Shown: positions 51,123 through 62,675 of the stretch, piece after piece
How positions within the stretch are numbered: the stretch's first letter is position 1
Layout of the letters: every line of letters starts with the position of its first letter
Origin: an uncultured Gaiellaceae bacterium
GTDB taxonomy: Bacteria; Actinomycetota; Thermoleophilia; Gaiellales; Gaiellaceae
Assembly (NCBI GenBank): GCA_963712865.1
Contig: CAVQJO010000013.1
Span: 190,603-254,602 of the forward strand
Direction of reading: 5' to 3'
DNA: 64,000 nucleotides
The notes under the pieces: model-generated
The model's database searches: none
What the model was told of the DNA's origin: nothing
What the model saw: the letters and a program-made list of their open reading frames with translations, nothing else
Position numbers and translations under genes: made by a program

Positions 51123-52256
51123 GTGCGCGCCGCCGTGAGGCGGATCGCACTCCTCGTGACGTTGCTTGCCGCCGCCATCGTCGGCGCCGCGGCAGCCTCG
51201 CCGCCGCCTGTCGACGCGGAGGCCTACTACGTCCAGAACGCCGCCGACGGCGAGGTGCTCGCCCAGGCGGACGAGCACGAGCGGCTGCCGATCGCGTCGA
51301 TCACGAAGCTGATGACGGCGCTCGTCGCGCTCGAACGGACACGCCCCGACGACGTCGTCACGGTCTCGAGCGCCGCCGCCGCGGTCGGCGAGTCGACGAT
51401 CGAGCTGCAGCCGGGCGAGAGGATCAGCGTCGGCGACCTCCTGCGCGCCGCGCTCATCCAGAGCGCCAACGACGCGGCAAACGCGCTCGCAGCCCACGTC
51501 GGCGGCGGCAGCGTGCAGCGCTTCGTCGCCCTGATGAACGCCCGCGCCCGCGAGCTCGGTCTCACAGACACGCACTTCGTCAACCCGGACGGCCTCGACG
51601 CCCCCGGCCACGTCTCGAGCGCCCGCGACGTGACGAGGCTCGCACGCATCGCCATGCGCAAGCCGTTCATCCGCGAGACCGTCCGTCAGGTCGAGCTGGA
51701 CGTCGCCGGCCGGCGGCTCGTCAACTGGAACGACCTGCTCTCGACCTTCCCGCGCCTGATCGGCGTCAAGACCGGCCACACGAACCAGGCCGGGTGGTCG
51801 CAGGTCGCGGCCGCGCGCGGCGGCGGCGTGACGGTGTACGCGACGCTGCTCGGCGGCGCGACACGCGAGGGGCGCAACGCCGATCTCGCGGAGCTGCTCG
51901 CGTGGGGCCTCGACCAGTACCGGACGGCGTGGGTGATCGAGCGCGGCCGCACCTACGCGACGTGCGCGAGACGGCCTACGACCGGCCCGACGTGCGGCTC
52001 GTCGCCGCCAAGCCGGCCCTGCGCGTCGTGAAGAACGACAGCAGGCTCGTCGAGCGCGTCGTCGCCCCGGTCGAGGTGGCCTTGCCGGTCCGGCAGGGCC
52101 AGCGCCTCGGCGAGATTCAGGTGCTCGACGGCGGCGAGGTCGTGGCGCGCTCGCCGCTCGTCGCGGCCGAGGCGATCGACCGGCCGGGTCGCGCTCGGGC
52201 GCGTAGGCTTCTACGCTGGCCGCACCTTCCACCATCTCGGAGGTCTGCTCCCCTGA
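51123..52256 (+). CDS. D-alanyl-D-alanine carboxypeptidase (S11 PBP), two apparent frameshifts
   Basis: Signal peptide. ASITKLMT (SxxK), SAND (SxN), KTGHT (KTG). Junctions near 51960 and 52190. C-terminus GRVGFYAGRTFHHLGGLLP with stop 52254-56. Confidence 0.8.
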
Positions 52257-53211
52257 TCATCACCGTGACGTTGAACGCAGCGCTGGACCGGACGCTGACG
52301 GTGCCCAACTTCCAGCGCGAGCACCGGCACCGCGCGAGCCAGGTGCTGACCCTGGCGGGCGGCAAGGGGATCAACATCGCGCGGGCGCTGAAGCGGCTCG
52401 ACGTGCCCGTCGTCGCGACGGGCCTGACCGGCGGGCGCACCGGCACCCGCATCGTCGAGGAGCTGACGGCCGAGGCGATCCTCAACGACTTCGTGCGGAT
52501 CGGCGAGGAGTCGCGGACGTCGACGGCCGTCGTCGACCCGACCGAGAACTCGTACACCGAGATCAACGAGTGGGGGCCGCTCGTCTCCGCGCGAGGAGCT
52601 CGAGATGCTGCTCGAGAAGCTCCACTACCTCTCCCGCGGCGCCGACTTCGTCGTCTTCGCCGGGCTCGCTGCCGCGCGGCGTCGACGACGGCTTCTACGC
52701 GGAGGCGATCCGCGATCTCTCCCGCCGCGGCGTGCAGGTCGTGCTCGACACGGAGGGCCAGCCGCTGCGGCTCGGGACCGAGGCTGAGCCGTACCTCATC
52801 TCGCCGAACCAGCGCGAGGCGGAGCACGTGGTCGGCCAGGAGCTGGAGGACGAGGAGGACTTCGTGATGGCGCTCGACACGCTCGCGGAGCTCGGCGCGC
52901 GGAACGTGCACATCACGCTCGAGTCCGGGTGCTTCGGGCTCTTCCGCGAGGACCGGCATGTCCGGCGCTACCGCGCGGTCGCGCCCATGCTCGAGGCGGT
53001 CTCCGTGGTCGGAGCCGGCGATGTCCTCCTGGCGCAGTTCCTCACGGCCCAGCTCGCCGGCAAGTCCGCCGAGGAGGCCCTGCGGCTCGCGGTCGGCGCC
53101 GGCGCTGCCTCGACGCTCGAGGTCGGTGCGGGGCGGTTCGAGCCGCGCGACATCGGCCGCCTCGCCGCCGGGGTCGAGATCCAGGAGGTCCACCGGCTCG
53201 CGCGGCACTAG
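52253..53211 (+). CDS. PfkB-family sugar kinase (1-phosphofructokinase-like), two apparent frameshifts; start codon uncertain
   Basis: GGAGG at 52239. IITVTLNAALDRT, GGKGINIARAL, ISPNQREAE, VVGAGDVLLAQF. Junctions near 52590 and 52665. Confidence 0.75.
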
Positions 53212-53272
53212 CGAGGCCGTCGGAGCACGCTGGTACGATCGGCCTCCAGTTGAGAGCAGCCGCCGCCTAGAC

Positions 53273-54758
<1,486 letters not shown>

Positions 54759-54759
<1 letters not shown>

Positions 54760-56340
54760 TGGGCCAGGTCGTGCCGCTGCCGGTTCCGGAGCCCGCTCCC
54801 GAGGAGCGGCCCGTGCTCGTGCTCGACCTCGGCGGCCAGTACTCGCAGCTGATCGCGCGGCGCGTCCGCGAGGCGCGCGTCTACTCCGAGCTCGTGCCGT
54901 ACCGGCTCACCGCCGACGAGGTGCGCGCGCGCGAACCCGCTCGCGCTGATCCTCTCCGGCGGCCCCGCGTCCGTGTACGCCGACGACGCGCCGAAGGTCG
55001 ACCCGGCCGTCTTCGAGCTCGGCATCCCCACGCTCGGCATCTGCTACGGCGCCCAGCTGCTGGCGCTCGAGCTCGGCGGCGCCGTCGAGCGCACGGGGAC
55101 GTCCGAGTTCGGCAAGACCCAGCTCGAGGGCGGCGCCGGCGCGCTGTTCGAGGGCTTGCCGGAGGAGCAGACGGTCTGGATGAGCCACCGCGACACGGTC
55201 ACCGCGCCGCCCGAGGGCGCGACCGTGACCGGGCGCTCCTCCTCGACGCCGGTGGCGGCCTTCGAGGATCAACGGAGAGGCGGCTCTACGGCGTCCAGTT
55301 CCACCCCGAGGTGCGCCACACGCCGCACGGCCAGGACCTGCTGAAGAACTTCCTCTACGGCGTCGCCGGCGCTCCGCCCGCCTGGACGGCCGCGGCCGTG
55401 ATCGAGGAGCAGGTCGAGCGGATCCGCGCGCAGGTCGGCTCGGAGCGCGTCATCTGCGGCCTCTCGGGCGGCGTCGACTCCGCCGTCGCGGCGCTGCTCG
55501 TCTACAAGGCGGTCGGCGACCAGCTCACGTGCGTCTTCGTCGACCACGGCCTCCTCCGCGAGAACGAGGGGGAGCAGGTGGTCGAGACGTTCGGCGGCCA
55601 CTTCCACGTGCCGCTCGTCCACGTCCAGGCGCAGGATCGCTTCCTCGGCCGGTTGGACGGCGTCACCGACCCGGAGGAGAAGCGCAAGCTCGTCGGCGAG
55701 GAGTTCATCCGCGTCTTCGAGGAGGAGGCGCGCAAGCTCGGGAGACGTGCGGTTCCTCGTCCAGGGCACGCTCTACTCGGACGTGATCGAGTCGGGCGGC
55801 TCCGACGACGGCGTCGCCGCGAAGATCAAGTCGCACCACAACGTCGGCGGCCTCCCCGCCGACATGCGGATGGAGCTCGTCGAGCCGCTGCGCCTGCTCT
55901 TCAAGGACGAGGTGCGGCGCGTCGGCGAGGAGCTCGGCCTGCCCGAGCGGATGGTCTGGCGGCAGCCGTTCCCCGGCCCCGGGCTCTCGATCCGCATCAT
56001 CGGCGAGGTGACGCGCGAGCGGCTCGAGATCCTGCGCGCCGCGGACGCGATCCTGCAGGAGGAGGTGCGCCGCGCCGGGCTCTACCGCGACCTCTGGCAG
56101 AGCTTCGCGGTGCTGCCGGCGATCCGCTCGGTCGGCGTCCAGGGCGACGAGCGGACGTACGCCTACCCGATCGTGATCCGGGCCGTCACCTCCGAGGACG
56201 CGATGACCGCGGACTGGGCGCGCCTGCCGTACGACCTGCTCGAGACGATCTCGAGCCGGATCATCAACGAGATCCCGGGCGTGAACCGCGTCGCGCTCGA
56301 CATCAGCTCCAAGCCGCCCTCGACGATCGAGTGGGAGTGA
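54759..56340 (+). CDS. guaA: GMP synthase (glutamine-hydrolysing), three apparent frameshifts
   Basis: TGATG overlap with gua[52 protein letters not shown] (P-loop), [27 protein letters not shown]. Junctions near 54933, 55275 and 55743. Confidence 0.9.
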
Positions 56341-56375
56341 CAAGCTAGGAAATCCGGGCTACGCTGGCACGTCTC

Positions 56376-57305
56376 GTGCTCCGAGTTGCCGCACTCGTAG
56401 CTCTGATCTGCTCGCTGTTCGCCGCTCCAGCCCCCGCGAGCCAGCTGGTGGGAATCGACGCCGGCGACGTCACGCTGCGCGTGAACGCGCGCGGCGACGC
56501 GCTCGTGGGCTACACGAGGGGCGCGCGGGAAGCGCACGGTGCTCGTCTCGGGCGCCGTGAACGCCCGGCCGCCGTCGCAGGACGTGCCGCAGGTCGAGTT
56601 CGAGGCCGACTACACCGGCGGCAAGGAGACGCGTGGGCGCCGCGTCGCGTTCGGGTTCCGCAACGGCTGCCGGCCCTACGACGGTCCCGCGCTCGCCGAT
56701 GTTCGTCACCGGCTGCAAGGCTCCCGACGGCTCCTACTGGGCGCTGCAGAGCTGGCAGCGGCTCCAGCCGATGCGCGGCGTCGCGCCGTTCCGACCGCGC
56801 CACACCGCGGTCGAGCTGCACCTGTCGCACTGGACCGGGCCGCTGCCCGAGCTCGAGGTCTCGCCGAACTGGACGTACGGCGGGCGCTGGCAGGGCCTCT
56901 TCGGGCGGCTGACGTATCAGGGGAGCCCCGTCCACGGCTTCAGGACGCCCTCTGACCACGTCTCCGACGCCTACGCCCGCTTCGTCTACATCGACACCTT
57001 CAACTCGACCTACGGGCCCGGCTGGAAGCGCGATACCGGCATCGTCACCCACGTCGGGAACGGCGCCTTCTGTTACAGCTTCGTCCCGCAGGCGCTGCCC
57101 CCGGGCTACCCGTCCCGGGAGGTGCGCGGGCCGGGCAACGGCCAGCGGCACCGGGTGACGGTCATGGGGCCGGGCGTGACCCCGATCGTGCAGTGGGAGG
57201 GCGCCGGTCTGCGGCCGCTACGACGCGGCCGCGGACCGCGCGTTCAACGCTCTCTTCGACCGCCTCGTCGGCCCCGCCGACGGCGTCTGCCGCGCCGAGC
57301 GGTGA
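56376..57305 (+). CDS. Secreted hypothetical protein, three apparent frameshifts
   Basis: VLRVAALVALICSLFAAPAPA signal. FVTGCKAPDGSYWALQSWQR...WTYGGRWQGLFGRLTYQGSPVHGF...FVYIDTFNSTYGPGWKRDTG. Junctions near 56535, 56698 and 57215. Confidence 0.5.
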
Positions 57306-57308
57306 GAG

Positions 57309-57575
57309 CTAGCGGGCCGCGAAGCCGCTGAGGCCCTCCGGCTCCTCGGCGCTGACGTCCACCCACTCCACACGGGCCCCGCGCGGGCCTTCCCGGCAGA
57401 ACTCGACGAGTCGCTCGACGGCGTCCGCGTCGCCCTCGAAGACGGCCTCGACCGTGCCGTCGGGGTTGTTCCGGATCCAGCCGGCGACGCCGGCGGCGCC
57501 CGCACGGCGCCTCGCCGTCTCACGGAAGAAGACGCCCTGGACGCGACCCTGCACGAGCACGCGGCGGCGGATCAT
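57309..57575 (-). CDS. acyP: Acylphosphatase
   Basis: Intact 88 aa. VLVQGRVQGVFFRETARRRA...GWIRNNPDGTVEAVFEG. Confidence 0.85.
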   Translation of the reverse strand: MIRRRVLVQGRVQGVFFRETARRRAGAAGVAGWIRNNPDGTVEAVFEGDADAVERLVEFCREGPRGARVEWVDVSAEEPEGLSGFAAR

Positions 57576-57593
57576 GCGACGTATTGTGGCCGG

Positions 57594-58103
57594 GTGGAGG
57601 GCTTCGTCGCTCGCCTCGCCGCTGCGCGGATCGGGACGACCTACAACCAGTACACCGGCTCGGCTCGGTTGCGGCACCGGCTGACCGGCTACCTCGAGAG
57701 TCGTCGCGGCGCGCCGATCCTGCTCGTCGGCGAGGCGCCCGGCTATCGGGGCACGCGCGTCTCGGGCATCCCGCTCACGTCCGAGCGGCAGCTCACCGGC
57801 ACCGGCCCGGCCGAGGCCACCGCGACGATCGTCCACCGCGTGCTCGAGGAGCTCGGGCTCGTCGAGGAGGTGCTGCTCTGGAACGTGGTGCCGACGCATC
57901 CCGGCACGGCGACGTCCAACCGCGCGCCCACGCGCGAGGAGATCGACGGGTCGGCGCCGTTCCTGGCCGAGCTCGCCCGCGGTAGGCGCGCCGTCGCCGT
58001 CGGCCGGATCGCACACGCGCGTCTCGGCGGCCCGTACGTCCGGCATCCTGCCCGCGGCGGCGCGGCGGCTTTTCGTGCCGGGCTCGTCGCCGCGCTGACG
58101 TAG
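57594..58103 (+). CDS. Uracil-DNA glycosylase superfamily protein
   Basis: Intact 169 aa. LLVGEAPGYRG (GEAPG motif A) and VRHPARGG (motif B-like). TATTGT -10-like hexamer lies 6 nt upstream of GTG 57594. Confidence 0.75.
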   Translation: MEGFVARLAAARIGTTYNQYTGSARLRHRLTGYLESRRGAPILLVGEAPGYRGTRVSGIPLTSERQLTGTGPAEATATIVHRVLEELGLVEEVLLWNVVPTHPGTATSNRAPTREEIDGSAPFLAELARGRRAVAVGRIAHARLGGPYVRHPARGGAAAFRAGLVAALT

Positions 58104-58113
58104 GCTGGGAACG

Positions 58114-59300
58114 GTGGAGACGTTCCCGGTCCGGCGCAACACCGTCCTGCTCGCGGCGACGCTGACCTCGCTCTCGGGCATGGTGCAGCTCGCGGTCGCC
58201 GTCGCCACCGTCACGCTCGTCCTCGTCACCGGCATCGAAGGGATCCTCGGGCTCGGGCCCGCGATCTTCCTCACCGCCGGCGCCCTCGCCGCCTTCCCGG
58301 CCGGCCGCCTGATGGACCGGCTCGGCCGCGTTCCCGTGCTCGCGGGCGGCTGCGTCGCCGGCATCGCCGGCTGCCTGACGACGGCCCTCGGCTGCGAGCT
58401 CGACTCGGCCGCGGTCGTCATCACCGGCTTCGCGCTCGTCGGCGTCGCGCAGGGCACGATCCTGCTCGCGCGCGCCGCCGCGGCGGACATGTACCCGCCG
58501 GAGCGGCGTGCTCGCGGCATCTCGTACGTGCTGTTCGGCGCGCTCTTCGGCGCCGCGCTCGGACCGCTCGTCTTCCGGCCGCTCTTCGCGGGCAAGGAGC
58601 TCGACACGGAGGCGCTCGTGGTGCCCTGGCTGGCGGCCGGGGGGATCATGGTGATCGGCCTCGTGCTCGTCCTCAACGTGCGCCCCGATCCGAAGACGAT
58701 CGCGCAGAAGCTGCACTTCGACGCGGGCGCGCCGACCGCAGCTCCGGCCTCGATGCGCGAGATCGTCCGCCGCCCCGGCGTGATGACGGCGCTCGTCGCC
58801 GCCGTCGCGAGCTTCGCCGGGATGGTCTCGGTGATGAACCTGAGCGGGTACCTCGTCATCGACCACGGCCACCACCAGGCCGACGTGTTCACGGTGATCA
58901 GCCTCCACATCGTCGGCATGTACGCGCTCGTGCTCGTGATCGGCCAGCTGATCGACAAGGTCGGCCGGCGACCGGGTCAGATCGCGGGCCTCCTGCGTGA
59001 TGGCGTTCGCGAACCTCGGTCTCGCCTGGTTCGTCAGCGTCTCCTGGATGTCGCTGTCGCTCTTCCTGCTCGGGCTCGGCTGGAACGTCTCCTACGTCGC
59101 GGCCGTCACCGAGCTGGCAGACCGGACGTCGCCGGCCGAGCGCGGCAAGCTGATCGGCTTCACGGACGGGCTCTCGAGCACGGCCGCGGTCGTGCTCGTC
59201 CTCCTCGGCGGAGTCGTCTACAGCGAGCTCGGCGTCGAGGCGATGGCGCTCGGCGCGACGGCCATCGTCGCCCTGCCGGCGCTCTGGATCTTGCTACAAT
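58114..59300 (+). CDS. MFS transporter, one apparent frameshift; 3' end undefined
   Basis: [12 protein letters not shown] loop motif and 12-helix profile. Extra base near 58990. The C-terminal frame runs without a stop into rplM (track ORF 58997..59779). Confidence 0.7.
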
Positions 59301-59327
59301 CCGCCGCCGGCGCACCGGAAGTGCGCC
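59295..59327 (+). promoter_or_regulatory. rplM promoter -10 (TGcTACAAT) followed by a 5'-proximal hairpin
   Basis: TACAAT at 59295-59300. GGCGCAC-cggaa-GTGCGCC at 59309-59327, followed by CTCTTTCT. ATG at 59342. Confidence 0.4.
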
Positions 59328-59341
59328 CTCTTTCTGTCGAA

Positions 59342-59779
59342 ATGAAGACGTATTCCGCAAAGCCCGGCGAGATCCAGCGTGACTGGTACGTCGTCGACGC
59401 CGAGGGCCAGACGCTCGGCCGACTCGCGACCCGGATCGCCGACACGCTGCGCGGCAAGAACAAGCCGGCCTACACGCCGCACGTCGACACCGGCGACTTC
59501 GTCGTCGTGGTCAACGCGGAGAAGATCCACGTGACCGGCCAGAAGCTCGACCAGAAGCTCTACCACCGGCATTCCGGCTATCCGGGCGGCCTGCGGACGC
59601 GCACGCTGCGCACGCAGCTCGAGCGGCGGCCGACCGAGGTGCTGCGCAAGGCCGTGAAGGGGATGCTGCCGCGGAACCGGCTCGCGCGCGCGCAGATCAC
59701 GAAGCTGAAGATCTACGCCGGCCCCGAGCATCCGCACGAGGCGCAGGCGCCGAAGCCGTTGAACCTGGAGGTCAAGTAA
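59342..59779 (+). CDS. rplM: 50S ribosomal protein L13
   Basis: [62 protein letters not shown]...[11 protein letters not shown]. Confidence 0.9.
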   Translation: MKTYSAKPGEIQRDWYVVDAEGQTLGRLATRIADTLRGKNKPAYTPHVDTGDFVVVVNAEKIHVTGQKLDQKLYHRHSGYPGGLRTRTLRTQLERRPTEVLRKAVKGMLPRNRLARAQITKLKIYAGPEHPHEAQAPKPLNLEVK

Positions 59780-60175
59780 GTGGCAGAGCAGGCGCAGTAC
59801 ATGGGCACCGGCAAGCGCAAGACCTCGGTCGCGCGCGTCATCCTCCGGCCCGGCGACGGCACGACGTGGTTCAACGGCCGCACGATCGAGGACTACTTCC
59901 CTCGCCTGACGCACCGTTCGGCGGCGCTCGCGCCGCTGAAGGTGGCCGGCGTCGAGGGCACGTACGACGTGCGCGTGCGCGTGCACGGCGGCGGTCCGTC
60001 GGGACAGGCCGGGGCCGTTCGGCACGGCATCGCCCGGGCGCTCGTCGAGGCCGATCCGGAGCTGCGCATCCCGCTCAAGCGCGAGGGCTTCCTGACGCGC
60101 GACGCGCGGGAGGTCGAGCGCAAGAAGGCCGGCCTGCACAAGGCGCGCAAGGCGCCCCAGTTCTCCAAGCGGTAG
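59780..60175 (+). CDS. rpsI: 30S ribosomal protein S9
   Basis: Intact. [12 protein letters not shown]...[19 protein letters not shown]...[26 protein letters not shown]. Confidence 0.95.
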   Translation: MAEQAQYMGTGKRKTSVARVILRPGDGTTWFNGRTIEDYFPRLTHRSAALAPLKVAGVEGTYDVRVRVHGGGPSGQAGAVRHGIARALVEADPELRIPLKREGFLTRDAREVERKKAGLHKARKAPQFSKR

Positions 60176-60196
60176 AGCTCTCGAAGCGCTAGTCAT

Positions 60197-61045
60197 CTAC
60201 TTCACGCCCACGCGGGCGCGGTAGCAGACCACCATCGGCCAGACGCGGTCGCCGAGGACGTCGGCTGCGACCTCTCGGAGACGGCCGAGCGCCTCCTCGA
60301 GCTCGGGCGCCGCGTCGCCGTGGGGCCCGCCGAGGCTCTGCGCGAGGCCGACGAGGCGCCGTGCGTCGGCCTGGTCGAAGCTGTGACAGACGAGCTCGCG
60401 CGAGAAGCGGAACCGCCGGCTCTCGCGGATGCGCTCGAGGTGCTCGTCCTTCGGCCACGTGACCGCGCCGGCGTCCTGCTCCAGCCGCGCCCGTGCGGCG
60501 CGCCGTGCCGCGAAGAGCGCCGAGAACGCGGCGTCGACCTCCGGCCGCACGAGGGGCGGGACGTCGTAGTCGTAGGCGGCGAAGACGCCGCCGGCAGGCA
60601 GGAGCCGTGCGGCCTCCGCCAGCACCGGGCCCGGCTCCATCCAGTGGAACGACTGCGAGCACGTGACGAGGTCGGCGCACTCCGCCGGGAGGCCGGTGTC
60701 TGCGGCGAACGCGTGGACGTAGCGGACGTTGGCCGCACCGGTCGTCGTTTCGGCCCGGGCGAGCATGGCCGCGTTCGCCTCCACGCCCACGACCTCGTCG
60801 GCCCGATCGGCCCAGGCCCGGGTCGACAGGCCCGTTCCCGCGCCCAGATCGACGACGAGCCGTGGGCGCTCGACCTGCGCGACGAGGAGCAGGATGTCGA
60901 GCAGGGCGTTCGGCGGCGCCGGGCGATGGGCGTCGTAGACGTCCGCGAAGCCGGCGCATTCGTACCCCGAGCGCTCGATCGCGTCTCTGGAGAACTCGCT
61001 CAGGCTCTGGCTCCGGCCCTGGTCAGTCGTCCCAGTCGTCGGCAA
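60197..61045 (-). CDS. Class I SAM-dependent methyltransferase
   Basis: Intact 282 aa. VVDLGAGTGLST (motif I), DLVTCSQSFHWM, LLPAGGVFAAY. Confidence 0.8.
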   Translation of the reverse strand: MPTTGTTDQGRSQSLSEFSRDAIERSGYECAGFADVYDAHRPAPPNALLDILLLVAQVERPRLVVDLGAGTGLSTRAWADRADEVVGVEANAAMLARAETTTGAANVRYVHAFAADTGLPAECADLVTCSQSFHWMEPGPVLAEAARLLPAGGVFAAYDYDVPPLVRPEVDAAFSALFAARRAARARLEQDAGAVTWPKDEHLERIRESRRFRFSRELVCHSFDQADARRLVGLAQSLGGPHGDAAPELEEALGRLREVAADVLGDRVWPMVVCYRARVGVK

Positions 61046-61283
61046 GCGGCGCGACCTGCGGCCACGGCCGACTCATGATCCGGCGGTAGGCGACGAGGCT
61101 GATCGCGAGGTGCGCCGCCACGAGCCCGGTGACCGCGGCGAGCAGCAGCCAGGCGCCGGCGCGCTCGTCGCTCACGGCCAGCAGGACGCCGACGAGCAGA
61201 ACCGCCTGGAAAGCGAGCGCGCTCGTGCTCCACAGCCGGTCGAGCCCGGTGCGCGTGGTGCTCACGACCGTATGGTGCACCAC
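61023..61283 (-). CDS. Hypothetical two-helix membrane protein
   Basis: Intact 86 aa. Overlaps the downstream methyltransferase start by 23 nt. Confidence 0.5.
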   Translation of the reverse strand: MVHHTVVSTTRTGLDRLWSTSALAFQAVLLVGVLLAVSDERAGAWLLLAAVTGLVAAHLAISLVAYRRIMSRPWPQVAPLADDWDD

Positions 61284-61299
61284 AGCTAGGCTCCCGCGC

Positions 61300-62571
61300 G
61301 TGACGCGCCGCTACTTCGGAACCGACGGCGTCCGCGGGGTCGTCGGCGGCGACCTCACGGCCGATCTCGTGGAGCGCCTGGGTCGCGCCTCGGCGGTGTG
61401 GTCAGGACGCGGGCGCGTCTTCGTCGGGCGCGACACCCGCGCGTCCGGCGCCGAGCTCGAGGAGGCCTTCGCGAACGGCGTCGTCTCGGCCGGCGGCAAC
61501 GCCGTGCTGGCCGGCATCCTGCCGACGCCCGCGGTCGCACTGCTCGCGCTCGACCTCGGCGTCGTCATCACCGCGTCCCACAACCCGCCGGAGTACAACG
61601 GCGTCAAGTTCTTCGACCGCGACGGCAACAAGCTGACCGACGAGGCCGAGGAGGAGATCGAGGCACTGGTCGACGGGCCAGAGAGCGGCGCCGGCGGCGG
61701 CAGGATCGACCGCGTCGAGATCGCGACCGACAGCTACCTGGAGCACATCCTCGAGCGGTTCGGCTCCGACCTGACCGGCCTGCGGATCGCCGTCGACTGC
61801 GCGAACGGCGCCTACTCCGACATCGCGCCCGCAGCCTTCGAGCAGCTCGGCGCCGACGTGACGCCGCTCGGGGTCGAGCCGGACGGGACGAACATCAACG
61901 ACGGCTGCGGCGCGACGGATCTCAGCCTGCTCCAGGAGACCGTGCGCGCCGGCGGCCACGATCTCGGCGTCGCCTTCGACGGCGACGGCGACCGCCTGCT
62001 CGCCGTCGACCAGCACGGCGAGCCCGTGGACGGCGACCAGATCCTCGCCATCCTCGCGCTCGACCTCGAGGTCGACCAGGTGGCGGTGACGGTGATGACG
62101 AATCTGGGGTTCCACCGGCTGATGGAGGAGCGCGGCGATTCGGGTCGAGACGACGCCCGTCGGCGACCGCTACGTGCTCGAGGCGCTGCGGCGGCACGGC
62201 GGCATCCTCGGCGGCGAGCAGTCCGGGCCACGTCATCTGCCTGCGCGACCACGTCACCGGCGACGGGCTCGCTGCCGCCCTCCTCCTCTGCGGCGCTCTG
62301 GAGGGCCGCACGCTGGCGGAGGCGGCCGCCGTGATGCCCCGCTTCGCGCAGTCGAAGGAGAACATCCGCGTCAGCAGAATGGAGGTGCCGCGAGAGCGCG
62401 ATCGCGGAGGCGAAAGCGCTCAACGAGCGGCTCGACGGCCGCGGCCGCGTGCTCGTGCGAGCCTCCGGCACGGAGCCGCTGATCCGCGTGCTCGGCGAGG
62501 CGGAAACGGCGGCAGAAGCGGCTGCGCTGTGTGGTACCATCGCCACCCTCGTCAGAAGGGAGCTCGGCTGA
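61300..62571 (+). CDS. glmM: Phosphoglucosamine mutase, three apparent frameshifts
   Basis: GTG 61300, 7 nt after [31 protein letters not shown] (phosphoserine loop), [43 protein letters not shown]. Junctions near 62137, 62228 and 62395. Confidence 0.85.
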
Positions 62572-62675
62572 TCCGCGACGCAGCGGGTCGCAGTAACCGG
62601 GCTCTCGTTGCGTTTTGCAGGGCGTTTGCGGGTAGACCCGGCCTGCGGCTCGGGGGTGACGAAAGGAGCTCCAGC

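Noticed and set aside
62572-62675. Possible glmS ribozyme or riboswitch in the glmM-glmS intergenic region (small hairpin GCGAC-gcagcgg-GTCGC and GC-rich stems).
   Set aside because: The region is only about 105 nt, shorter than the roughly 170-nt glmS ribozyme. I cannot find its conserved core sequences. It is more likely an ordinary spacer with the RBS AAAGGAG.
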